Positions 24,232-36,292 of a stretch of DNA of 64,000 nt are shown one piece after another. The notes beneath the pieces are model-generated. The model saw only the letters and a program-made list of their open reading frames with translations, ran no database searches and had not been told where the DNA came from. Within the stretch, counting starts at the first letter, position 1, and every line of letters starts with the position of its first letter. The position numbers and the translations under genes are program-made. The stretch covers positions 1,550,001 through 1,614,000 of the forward strand of contig MU008165.1 of NCBI GenBank assembly GCA_010909165.1, read 5' to 3'. Source of the stretch: Anthoceros angustus (lineage: Eukaryota; Plantae; Anthocerotophyta).

Positions 24232-24915
24232 CGCAGGAGCCAGCGGTTCTGTACTCGCAAGACATTGTGAGAAAGGAAGTGAATTTGCAGATCTGTTGCT
24301 CCCTCGTTCAGATGCTATGGAATTGTGAGGTTCAGGGCTGAGATCGGGTGCAGGGGGTTGAGGCAAGAAGTGTGGCTTCCTTGGCAACTCTGACCACTGC
24401 AAGCACGCAAAGAGAACAGGTTGCAAGGTCAATTCATGTGTGTCGTTGGCAGATCCGTCACAGGCGAGCAAACGATGACGAATCATGCAAATTATAGCAA
24501 GCCAACGCTCACAATCTCAGCTTACCGCGGTATGATCTTGTGTGCAGAGTCCAGGACTGAAGTGTCAATCGATGATCTGGTGAAGCACCTGGTCAAGCAG
24601 GGATGTTAGCTTTTGAGCGGAACAACGGCGAGAGATGGACGATGAGCACGCTCCGCTTCCAATTCCCCGATAACTCGGAGGAAGGCCAGTGTTGTGAGAG
24701 AGGTGCCGCCGCGGGTTCATCTCAAGGCGTTGGTGGAAGGGAGGCGCCGGCTTGGCCGTCAGATTCCACGCATAGGTTCCTCAACTGCAAACGCCAAAAT
24801 CTTTGATGAAATTTGTAAAAATGCTGCTGAGAATGTCTGTCCAATCTATTTCTAGGCATGCTGTAGCTCAAAGTAGATTCAGAAACACGTCAAACTCTGC
24901 TGTCCGGCAGAAGGA

Positions 24916-24980
24916 GGCTCGACTCGGAGGAATCAAGACATTCAGTAGGCTCGGCTCGGAGGAATCAAGACACTCAGTAG
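24916..24980. repeat. 32-bp tandem duplication in the ABCB/PPR divergent intergenic region
   Basis: ggctcgactcggaggaatcaagacattcagta followed by ggctcggctcggaggaatcaagacactcagta. Confidence 0.9.
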
Positions 24981-25847
24981 TTTTACCTTTGTGCAGTGCG
25001 CTTGAAGCAATCCAGTTGCATCACGTTTGCAATACATAGCAAACGAGCACATGAGACAGGGTGAGTGGGGTCTAAACATAGGAGCCCCCCGAACAGCCCA
25101 CCTGCCATGTTCTGTGTTCTCGATGGCAGTTTATACACTTTTGTTCAGCTCCCGATATCGCTGGCTGGTTTCGAATAATATGAACTGCGTTATACAGCTA
25201 GTGGGATGCCTCTCTCAGATCGTCGACTCATCAGTGCAACATTTTGAGTACGCTGTCTTTTCTGCTGAACTCGCATTCTCTTTCTGTGTTATCTGATCAC
25301 GGGAATGACCAGCGACTTCTGAAATTTTTGCTTTGCTTGAGAAGGCAAAGTATAACTGGCTACTGTAGGGCTTACGTTTTGTCATCTACCAAAGCAGAGG
25401 CTACTCAATTCGATGGGGATACGTAGCTGGGAAGTGTGTGGTTGGGTCTGGCCTCAGTGCGTTTTAGCCCATGTTCCAGCAGCCATACTGCTGCGCTTCT
25501 GCCACTGCCAAGTACCAAGGACACATTACATGGCAAACCTGGAGAACGAATTCTAACCCCAGCTGGTACACCTGGTCCCCTGCATCCTCACATACTCCAC
25601 ACTCCAGAACGCTCAAGGTTTAGCTCCCGATGGTTTGGCACGAAGTGTGAAAAATATACATGCTGACGAAGCCACTGAACATCTTCTTATCAGCATTTAT
25701 GTTCAACACGACCGCAGCTTCCTTGAGAGAAGCTTTGGCGTAGAAGGCCACCCTGCCCGCAAGGAAGACAAAAGAAGAGCAGAAGAGGCTTGTGGGGCAT
25801 ATCAATCTCTAATTTTCGCAGCGGTGAGACAAGCGGCTGCGCAAGGC

Positions 25848-28837
25848 ATGTTGGCGGTCTCCAGATCACTGTCCTTGGCATCTCACCAGGGAGCCATAGA
25901 TGTTGAGTGGATGCAACCCTTTTCTGGCCTGTCTCCGAAACCATGCGTGCAGGGAGGAGTCCGCCATCCTGACTCCAAGCAGAACGCGGATATGTGGTTG
26001 AACAGAGTGTGGAAGCCTGTATGGCCGGATGCCCACCTGGGTGGTCAGCTGCGATACGGGCTGAGGGAGCCTCACCCGCATGGCTCTCGAAAGCAGAGGT
26101 GATTGTCCATAGCAATGGCTTGTAGAACAGACGGTGAGGTGGGTGCTGGTGTTCTGAGCTACTTGGACTTGTTCGCAGGGCAATTGTATTGTCTGAAAGC
26201 GCTTGTCAATTGGAGCGTTTATGCAATGAGGGACAAGTGCACAAGGCGCTGCATTCCCTGATTCGCATGGACCAGCAGGGCATGGTACCTTCGGTGGACT
26301 TCTACAAGACCTTGCTTCAGGCGTGCACGAAACAGAAGGCTCTTATTGAGGCCAAGGAAGTGCATGCTCATCTGAGAAAGCATGGGCTGGAGTTACATAG
26401 ATTCCTCGGCGACCTCCTGGTTACAACACTGGTGAGCTGTGGAGGCCTTGCTGATGGTCTCCAGCTGTTTCGGAGATTGTCGTACAGAAGTGTATTTTCC
26501 TGGACAGCGGTCATTTCAGGGTATAGCAATGCTGGTCATTTTCGGCAGGCTCTGTCGTGCTACGAGCAGATGCAACAGGAAGGTGTGCGGCCTGACAAAT
26601 ACACGATCGTCAGCTTGCTCAAGGCATGCAGCAAGTTAGAGGATCTGTCAGAAGGCAAGCGAATTCATGCCGATGCTTTGAAAATTGGTTCTCACTCTGA
26701 CATTTTCGTTTGTAGCACGTTGGTGAGCATGTATGCTAAGTGTGGCAGTATCATGGATGCCCAGCAGGTGTTTGACGCATTATCCCAGCGCACTGTCGTA
26801 TCATGGAATGCCATGATTGCAGCATATGCTCAGCAGGATCAAGGAGACAAGGCTCTGCAGATCTACGGCCGGATGCAACAGGAAGGCGTCAGGCCAAATG
26901 CTCGAACGTTAGTCAGCACTCTCCAAGCTTGTGGCGCCCTTGCTGAAGAAGAGGAAGGTATCATGATTCACGGGCAACAAGTCAAAGTTAAACCACAGTC
27001 TCTGCAAAAAGGGAAGCACATACATTTCCAAGTTGCATCCAGCGGTTTCGAATCAGATGTGTTTGTTGCCAGCTCGTTGGTTAGTATGTATGCAAAGTGT
27101 GGAAGCACTATGGATGCACAACGTGCCTTTGACCAGTTGTCCGAACGGAATGTGGTATCATGGAATGCTATGATTGCAGCATACGCCCAGGAGGGACACG
27201 GAGAGAATGCCTGGACTATTTATGAGCAAATGAGAGGGGACGGCTTCAAGCCAGATGCTCGGACATTTGTCAGTGTCCTGCAAGCTTGTGGTACCCTTGC
27301 AGAAAAGGAGGGGAGCTCAGAAATTTACGGGCAAAATGTCAAAATGGCATCACTTCAGAAGGGAAAGGCAATTCATGTGGAGGTTTCTCGGCTGGGTTTT
27401 GAATCAGATGTCTTTGTTGGAAGCAGTCTGCTTAGCATGTATGCAAAGTGTGGGAGCCTGGTGGATGCACGACAAGTCTTCGACAAACTATCTCAGCGTA
27501 GTGTGGTCTCATGGAATGCCATGATCGCAGCATATGCTCAACAGAACCAGCCACAAGATGCCTTGCAGGTTTATGACCAGATGCTAGGAGAAGGTGTTAG
27601 GCCAAATGCGCGCACATTTGTCAGTGCTCTTCAAGCATGTTGCACTTGGACAGAGCAGGAAAACTTCGTGTCTCTAGACAACAAGAGCTTCAAATCTGAG
27701 TTGCTAAAAAAGGGGCAGGAAATCCATGCAGAAGTTGCTAGGTGGGGTTTGGAATCAGACAGTTTTGTCGGTAACGTTTTATTCCGGATGTATGCAAAGT
27801 GTGGGAGCATCACGGATGCCGAAGAGGTATTTCACGGATTGACCCAACGTGATGTTGTATCATGGACTGCCAGGATTGCAGCATATGCTCAGCAGAATGA
27901 AGGAGAAAAAGCTTTGCAGGTTTACGCTGAGATGGAACAAGAAGGTGTGGAATTGGATGAGGCTGCATTTCTCTGTATCCTAGAAGTCTGTGGGAGTACA
28001 GGAGCACTCGATATCTGTGTTAAGACTCACCGAAAGGTGGTGGAGAGTGGTTTTGATTGCAGCCTGACTGTTTCAAACAGCTTAGTTGATGCTTATGGCA
28101 AATGTGGTAGTATGGTCAATGCTCAAGATGTGTTTGACGCAGTGGCTCAGCCTGATGTGGTGTCATGGACTGCCCTTATTGCTGGCTATGCTCGTCAAGG
28201 AAACTATGCGAAAAGTGTGCAATGTTATGAGAACATGGGTTTATCAGGCGTGAAGCCGGATGGCATCACGTTCTTGGCACTTCTCTCTGCATGCAGCCAT
28301 GCTGGTATGGTGGGCAGAGGACTTATGTATTTTGAAAGCATGACCAAAGACTATAGCATCACTGCAGAACTGGAGCATTACGTTTGCATGATTGACCTGG
28401 TTGGCCGTGCTGGACTTTTCAGCAATGTAGAGGATTTGATTTCGAACATGCCCATGGAGCCGACATTGCCAGTGTGGTTGGCTCTTCTGGGTGCTTGCCA
28501 GAAACATGGTAATGTGGAACTGGGAAGGCGTGCTTTTGAATGTGCAGTCGATTTGGAGCCTGGACAAGCTGCAGCGTATCTGCTCATGCTAAACATTTAT
28601 GCACAAGCACGCATGTGGGACTGCGTAAAACAAATAGATGACTGGAGACACACAGCTGGCGCATCCAAGGAGCCTGGCCAGAGCTGGATTCAGCATAAGC
28701 AGGATGTCCACACATTTCAGGTGGGTGACCATAGGCATCAAGAGGATCTGTACGGACTTCTGAAGGACCTAAACTTGGAATTACAGCAGGTAGGCTATGG
28801 AGGCTGCAGACAAGGATCCTTTGAGTGGCCATCTTGA
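25848..28837 (+). CDS. PLS-class pentatricopeptide repeat protein with E/E+ end and no intact DYW domain; putative organellar RNA-editing factor
   Basis: 882-aa ORF with repeated LVSMYAKCGS..DAQ.VFD.L..R.VVSWNAMIAAYAQ; E motifs HYVCMIDLVGRAG, WLALLGACQKHGNVELG and KEPGQSWI. The upstream exon (to 26098, GT at 26099) splices in phase to the AG at 26178. Confidence 0.95.
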
Positions 28838-28872
28838 AAAGTGCCCGGATTGCATGGCAGCCCTGTTACAGC

Positions 28873-28934
28873 GAATCTGCGGCTATGTAAAGGACGCCCG
28901 AGAGCTATCAGAATCTGCGGCTATGTAAAGGACG
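28873..28934. repeat. 24-bp direct repeat with a 38-bp period just downstream of the PPR stop
   Basis: gaatctgcggctatgtaaaggacg at 28873 and 28911. Confidence 0.9.
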
Positions 28935-30202
28935 TTCCACAGAAATCAGGGAAGGAACTCGGGTATGAAGCCGTGTCTTTGGCTCCCACGGCCAAGCGGA
29001 GGAGGAGAAGAGCCTCATGATGAGCCTCATGCACAGATTCTTCCGCCACTGGAGAGGATATTCAATCTACAGAGGACTTGTTGGTAACTTTCAAAATGGA
29101 CTGGGATTCTCCTTTCTTTCCCTGCAAACTTCGGAAGGGTCTGATGAGTGCATAGGTAGTGGGAATCACTTACATCTTAACTGGCTTTGTGCTGCAGGGA
29201 ATGCGGTGACAATCAACGATTATGGATCATACCATAGGCCGTACCATTCGTACGGGAATTGTGGACGAGCTGTGTTGAGGGTATTCCCGTCCGTTTCGGG
29301 CTGTAGACATCACGTCCCTCAACGGGTTGACAATTCTAATGGCTTGTCTCATGGCTGGAGTGACGGTTGCACCACCAGATGAACCTGCCAGGGGTTTTGT
29401 CGCTTACGATCAGCGAGGGTTGTGCTTTCCAATTCCTCAGAGCTACGAACTCGTGTACACTAGTTCATATGAATCTGGTACCTGATAACGCGTTTTAGGT
29501 TAGAAAGGGAGACCTAGACTGCAATCAAATGTTAGGCACAGTACGAGCGTGGAGTTGCTCAAGACCATCTCTTTCAGTAGATAGGTAGTGCTGACACAGG
29601 ACTGGGTTCCATGGTCTGTCCTTCATTGATCCGTCGAGCCCCGCCTCGCCCAAAATATGGTCCCCCTCGCCCAGGATACCAACTATGGAACCGTGAACCC
29701 TTGAGGTGAAGTGGTCCACTGATGTTGTATTTTACTCGTCTAGGATTTGTGTGTTCATTTAATACAAAGAACAAGAACAACATATCAAAGAAAAGAGGAT
29801 CTTTATCAAAGAACAAGAAAGATCATAAGAGTTTGTACATGTCTTGTAGTATATGGTTTGACATTGGAGAAGCTTTTTATTTTTTTCAGCTTGATTTCTT
29901 AAAAGAAAATGAAAATATAACCATCTGCATCTCTGCTTTCAGTAGCAGTTTAAACCGCTGGCATATGAACAGTTATCTTCCAAATAACGGGGATGAACCG
30001 GTTGTATGCCTAACTGCCGGTGTTGTCTTCCGAGGAGTGCGGCCAGCAATGCCTTTCCTTTGACACTGCCATGTGCTGTGATAGACTCTTCACTCTCCCA
30101 CTAGTCTTGCTCATACCTTGAATTCAGAATTTAGAGATCTTATTCATCTTGGTTGTGGTGACAACCAAATCAGCATTTTGATGGTGGTAAGCTGTAAACA
30201 TC

Positions 30203-31841
30203 ATGGTAGCAGTGTGTACTAGTGGAGCAGCAAAACAGCGAGGGGAAGATACGACTAGTGGAGATCAGGTCATGTACAAGCTGGTATCTTCAGTGGCATC
30301 AGAGGCATTAGGCATTGGGAAAAGTGTGGATGTACTTACTGTTCTCGGTGGAAAAGCATCTTGTCGGCGAAAGTTTGTATTTAATGTGCATCTACTGGAT
30401 GAGGCAGGACAACTAGCTACTCGAGATATGGCGATTGTGGCTTCTGTAGCGTATGCTCATGATAGAAGCCCAGTGCTACGGAATGAGAAACCTTTCTTGG
30501 CAGAACCTCCGCTCTTCACTACTTTCAATGGGGTTGAGTTTCCAGCACAAGATCGTCCTACTCGAATGGTATCTGGAAGAGCCTCATTTAAACTTGCTAT
30601 TTCTCTGCTCTCCTCCAAATGTGACAACCGTTTATTTTGTATTTGTTTCACGCCACATGTTTCTCCAGATCAAAAGGCTTTATGTCTTCCTTGTTATTCC
30701 AAACCGATCAGAAGCATTTCTCGCAAACGAACTCAAGTTGCTCATGTCTGTGTTCCGTTGCCTTTAAATGACAATCTCAATATACTTTCTCAAGATCTTG
30801 CTCATCGACGCATTAGCACTTCAAATGAAACTAGTCCGGAAGCTGCTGTCCAATGTGATAATGGCGTCTACACTGATGTGTATTATTCAAAAGGTGGTTC
30901 GGGATCCACAGATCCAAAGTCTTCTACAGAGTCCCCAACTTCCAGTAGTGCTGATGAGGATGACATTATGACTCCACAAGAACAAGTCCAAGGCTCCTCG
31001 CATTCAAGCTCAATCACTAGCCTACATCATGTTTCCCCTCGCTCTTTGCCTAACCATTGTGCTAATGAACCCCCAATGGTGAGTTCTAAAAGCAATACAC
31101 AAAGTTTTTTTTGTTGATTTTCTTCTTTTTAATATCAAATCTTTACTAAAAGTATGTTTATATAATTTAAATGGATTAATATTTACTTAATATGCTTATT
31201 TAAGCTTCATTGTTGTCATTCAGGGATACAACCACAACAATGATCCTTTAAGTAGCTCTCAATCACCATCACCTTCTGTGTTGAATAACAATCGGAATAA
31301 TGTATGTAATTCAAATGGAAATAGGACTTTAAGTATAATGCCACCAGCCATTTCTTCTGTTACAAGGCCATTTCGACCATATGCAAGTGTTGGAGCTTGT
31401 AAGCTACCAGGATTAAGTGATTCAGTTCCATTAAGTGATTCTACTACTAATTTAAAGCTTAGACATCTCCAATCTGGGTCTCCACCTCTAGGTCCTGGAG
31501 ATGTTTCGCTGAGTCCACCTACACAAAACTTGTTGGAAAGAGTACGACAACTAAGCTCAATATCTCCTCAACAAAAGGTTGACACAATTTTTCAGAGTTT
31601 TTCACTAGGCCATTGTGGAGGAAATGACCAAGCACTTGCTGAAATTAGCTTAGAGGAAGAAGAAAAAACATTGCAATATCTTGAAGCCAATTTACAAGAA
31701 ATGACACATGAGCTTCAAAGACGAAAGGAAGAGGTTCGAACTAAGAGAAGAAGACTTATTGAAGATGAGGCGCGAATGCACAGCATTATAATACAATCTT
31801 CTTCTTGGATCGAGAGTTTAAGCGGAAGATTTAGTATGTGA
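30203..31841 (+). CDS. CudA/STAT-like DNA-binding-domain protein lacking an SH2 domain; ~497 aa, two exons, C-terminal coiled coil
   Basis: ASCRRKFVFNVHLLD..GQ...EPPLFTTFNGVEFPAQDRPTRMVSGRASFKLAISLLSSKCDNRLFCICF...SKPIRSISRKR closely resembles the central domain of plant STAT-like SHA/SHB proteins. A phase-0 intron at 31079-31223 (GTGAGT...CAG) joins the two ORFs in frame. Confidence 0.8.
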
Positions 31842-34146
31842 GTGATTTGAGTTGAGAAGACTAAATTGTATACAATAAATATCACAATGTACAATGTTCT
31901 AAATTTGACATTCCTTACATGAGGGGCACATTTAGGTTTAGGGATGAAAGACCGTTTAGTTGTATCATATTACCTCTCAATGTAACATAGGTAGTTAGTT
32001 TCAATCTTTACATGCATTTGTGTATGTATGTAGTTTATACAAGACCTTGTATGTATGACATTTATATTTCAAGATGTATTTTAATATGGATAGTATTATA
32101 ATAAAATTATACATAAATATCAATATTATATAATAAAATATATATTGATATATAGACTATAATCCCGAGATGCCAAAATTAATAAGTTTCTTTCGGAAGT
32201 AGAACCTTAATTTGTAAGGACATACTTAACTTCTTTATTAGGAATAGATATCATATGTAACAAAAAAGAATCATTTGTAGTAAATAAATATTATAATAAA
32301 ATTATAAAGGTATTGCAATATCTTGTCCCCCTTGGCTTGGGGCGCTCTGAGGGCTGTTCCCCATGGCCCCAATGTGGATGGGACTTCCATCTTTGCATAT
32401 ATAAAGTCTCCGCATTCATTCGTCAATAAACATTATTAACAAATGTAAATCCATGAAAATCTTTATCATGTTTGAATGCTTTTCCATAACACTTCCTATT
32501 TTATGCAATAACACTATGTATAGCTGTTATATAAGTATCCCTAAACCCTTCAAAAAAATAGAAATTTAAAATTTATTAAAATCTTTCAAGATCAAATAAG
32601 TATATGAATATTTTAAAATTTTATCTCAATTTTGAACTTTGTCCAACTCTAATCCATTTATGGCTTTAGTGACCACTTTTCTAAGCTCAAGGTTTCTTAT
32701 CACAATTCTTGAGAGTCAAAGAAAATGAAGGCTCGGTAAATGCTTGCAATACAATGTCCATAAGTAGCTTCTTGATAGTCCTTGAGGTTGAGAGATTCTT
32801 GAGAGACTAAAGGATCCTTGTTTGTTATTTGTTAGAGCTTAGATACTGCTTAAGTGAACTTTGTGGTTAAGTACCCTTCGGCTAGAAAAATGCTGGGATG
32901 AGGGACTTCGCTCATCCTGTAGAGACCTTGTCGAATTGGTTACTATATTGAAGAGCAGCTGTGATGTGTAGTAGACTTATTCAAGTAATGGAAGTAATTC
33001 TAAGTCCCCATTAAACACAAGAATCCGAGCTTGTTTTAGGCATTTTCTTTTTTTCCATCAATTCTACAATTATTTTTATTTTCTCATGACCATTGCTGTC
33101 ACCTAATTTTCTTTCCATTGACGTATCCATTGACGCCCTGTTTGGATGCGAACTCATTCACAGTTATAAATTTAATATATAATATAAACATTTTGATTAT
33201 ACAATATTTTATAGTTATAAAATAGTTATAATCATTCAACAATTACAGCATCCAGCTTTTGTGCGAATCCAAGCTAGGGCTTTTGTGCACGATTCTCCCC
33301 GCTCGGAACGGGCTACTCGAGACCATGATCCCTCCCTGTCTTTTCGCCTCAAACCTCGTCTTCAGCTCAAAGACATTCCAAGCCCTCAGCTCACAGTTCA
33401 TGTTCTCGGTGCACTCTCATAGTGAAACAACACAACCAGTGGTCCGGTCTTTGTTGATCGCACAAGCCATTTCTGAGCACTCTTCTGCCGTTGCTGTTTC
33501 TCCTTCTGCAGGTGCTCACCGCAGCCGAGCAATATGTGTTCATACACTGAAATCTGCAATCATACAGTCTACATGGCAACACAGCATGCCCCCACCCTTC
33601 CTCGCGCAATTCCCAAACCCCAACCCCAAGCCTATCCGGGAATCCAAATCCGTAGCAGTGAATCATCTATCACAGGCAAGTAGCTTGTAATTACATTTGA
33701 AACGACCGCACAACAACCATTTGAAACTCCCTTGTCACGGAAACACTTCGTTCAACAGAAACTCGCTTGTCATGTGTCTTCATTCAGGTAGCCTTTTTTT
33801 GCGGGGACAAGACGGTCCAGATTTTCAATAACGCATTGGGAGCAGATGGCGGGGTTGTTCTAAGGCATACAATGCCTGGTGAAGCTTCTCCCGGCTACAG
33901 CCTATCCTATCTCACCACCAACAAGTAGTAGCACATAATGAAAAAATTGCGAGAGCCTGTCCTCCTGAGATCATTCTGCGATTTGAGGGCCTCTCCTCCG
34001 TGGGTATGGCTGTTCAGCACCTTTCCTTCCATAAAGAGTAGACATTTATCCGACGTGAAGGCAGGCTTCAATGCCCTGCCTACCAACGTCTGTAAACAGC
34101 CACGTGTAATCGCTGTCCACAGTAAGATCACACAACTTGGTAGCTA

Positions 34147-35090
34147 TCAACCACCAGCTGTGCCGACCTTGATATCACAGAACATCTTGGTGGCAGTGAA
34201 TTTCACATCAATCGGGAAGAAGGCCGACGGATCTGCTGGGGGCACCACAAACTCCATGGTCCCATTCCGATTGGTTTTATCAATCAAGGTGATGGACCAT
34301 TCCAGGACGGACTTTCGTGCATCATACGTCCAGTCTCCATCAACTTGATTCAAAGGTGGCAAGGGTCTGCACTTGAAGAAACGCATCTTCTTGTGTTTGA
34401 ACAACTAACGCCATTGTACCCTGCACTTCAAAATTCTCCTAACCACCGTCCTTCTTCAAAGTGACGTCGAGCCTCTCTTCCACAGTAATAGTGATAGGAT
34501 CTGTAGGAATAAGAGTTGTCTGCAAAGGCCTAGGTGCCGCATGGACATCCTCTACAATCACTTCACCTTCCGCCTTCAAGGATTCTAAGAGCTGGTTTGC
34601 CTTCTGTGACTTGCCAAGCTTCATACCAGCTCTTTTGGCAACAGCACGGACAGGTTGTGTTGACCGTCCTTTTGGTTTTCCGAAAGGGTCTGAATCTAGG
34701 CCTGAGCCAAATCCCGAACTGCTGCCGAAGCCACCGCTCCCAAGATCACTTGAATCACTGATACCATTGTCAAATGTGATGGCTCCCGAAGAGTTTAACA
34801 GACGCAAAACCTTCTTTCAATTCCCGTTGCCTGTCACTCTGCAATATCTTGTTCTTATCAATCTCACTGGCCTTCCGCTTAGTCACATCCTTAGTCTCGT
34901 TGATCTTGCTCTGGATAATCAGCTTGTGCAGTCTGTCCTCATGACTCTCCATTTCTGTGTAGTGTTTAACTGTTGCCACAGTTACATTTTCCTCTTGACC
35001 CAATGAAATGACTTCGTCGAAGGCAAAGATCAGCGTGAAGGCAACAGTGCAGATCCCCTCTTCGTGAAGTGTCGGGCAGTACTCTGGAAA
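34147..35090 (-). pseudogene. Coatomer delta subunit (delta-COP) pseudogene, main body, intronless
   Basis: PEYCPTLHEEGICTVAFTLIFAFDEVISLG, EMESHEDRLHKLIIQSKINETKD, GMKLGKSQK, LEWSITLIDKTNRNGTMEFVVP. Frameshift near 34800, in-frame TAG at 34439-34441 (GG*ENFEV), and an internal deletion near 34360. Confidence 0.9.
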
Positions 35091-35091
35091 T

Positions 35092-36112
35092 CGAGTAGCA
35101 GAGAGTACCCAAGTCCGCCCAGTATCTAAAATTCTCGCTGCCCGTCCACAGATGAACAGCGTCATGTGGCCCAGCCTCAGGCAGCCCCTGCCTTCCTGAC
35201 TTGGCGTCACGCGTCGCATCTCCTGCTCGAACGGGCCTTCCTAAGAAGAGATCCGCCGTGGTGGCTCCATTCACAAAGGCCTGAATCAAACCCAACAATT
35301 GCAACAGCCGTTCAGAAAGCATCCGCAACCAGGTGACATTTCATCAGACATTGCTTCCAAGTTATACTACCTGATGCAGGATGGCAAGGTCGCTTTCCCG
35401 AATTTGATCATCGGAGAGCGCAGGCAAAGGGAGCTGCACATGGAAGGGGTTGAACCTCATGTCCACCAGAGCCGGCGGCTGGTGGATTTCACTGCGGTTG
35501 GCTTTGGCCAGGAAGGGGTACTCCCCGGACACGAATCCCTGTGGCACCATGTTGGGAACTCGGTGGCACCCAGGTTCCACATTCTGGTTGTCCCAGTTCC
35601 AGAAGGGGAGAGCAAAATCCTCATCCCCCAGCAAAGATGCGAGTATCCTCTCGTGGAAGTAGAGGAACCAGCGGTGCCAGGGGAACAGGAGCCAGCCGTA
35701 GTGCACTTGCAGAGTCTCGTTGGGATACAGGGCAGTGGGATTCACGAACGGGGTGGTCCGAGGGTCGTCGTCCGGCGGCTCCTGCAGCAGCTTGTAGGCT
35801 CGGTTGTACTTCTCCCAGTATGCTGCGTCCAGGCGATGCGCGGGCCTGCGCACTCGGAGTCTCCCCTGCTTTCCCTTGGTACTCCTCGAAGGTGAAGGAT
35901 TTCACCTTTCTCTGGGGCAGCACAGGGCAGCATTCCACAGAAACATTCTGCGGGTAGAAGTTGCCCGGCTGGCACAGAGAGAAGTCCGGAGCAGGCATCG
36001 AGGCCGCTGATCCCCAGCTGATGATGCCCACAAGCACCAACATCAGGACCCATGCTTCAGGCAGGAGTGAGCTCTTGGAGGGCAGCATTTTCTTGGAGGG
36101 CTTCTGAATCAT
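35092..36112 (-). pseudogene. Polyphenol oxidase (tyrosinase-type) 5' half with signal peptide, truncated within CuB
   Basis: PAPDFSLC..CCP, RRPAHRLD, DDPR, LQVHYGWLLFPWHRWFLYFHERILASLLGDEDFALPFWNWD; intron ~35367-35283; then LFLGRPVRAGD...PHDAVHLWTG..DLGT. The HCxYC CuA segment is missing and there is a frameshift near 35860. Confidence 0.88.
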
Positions 36113-36292
36113 GGGTTTTCAGGCATACCATCCCAATGCCACTCCGGTCATGACAATCTGCAAGGCAGGGATTGCATGTTGCTCGGGGCTATAAACGACT
36201 ACTCCAGCATCCCGTCTGCTCTAGATCTTGAGCATTTCATTCAGCTAACCAATTCCTCTGAGACCTTTATGATGCACTTTGCTTCATTGTAG

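Noticed and set aside
29222-29485. Frame reading MDHTIG...DELC-TGA-GYSRPFRAV..., reminiscent of a selenoprotein (U-G-Y) motif
   Set aside because: There is no CxxU spacing, no Rdx-fold similarity downstream and no SECIS recognised, and land plants are not known to encode selenoproteins. Most likely a chance stop.
32600-33900. Possible further decayed gene or TE fragments flanking the mosaic
   Set aside because: Translations are stop-riddled or unrecognisable, so no assignment is possible without a search.
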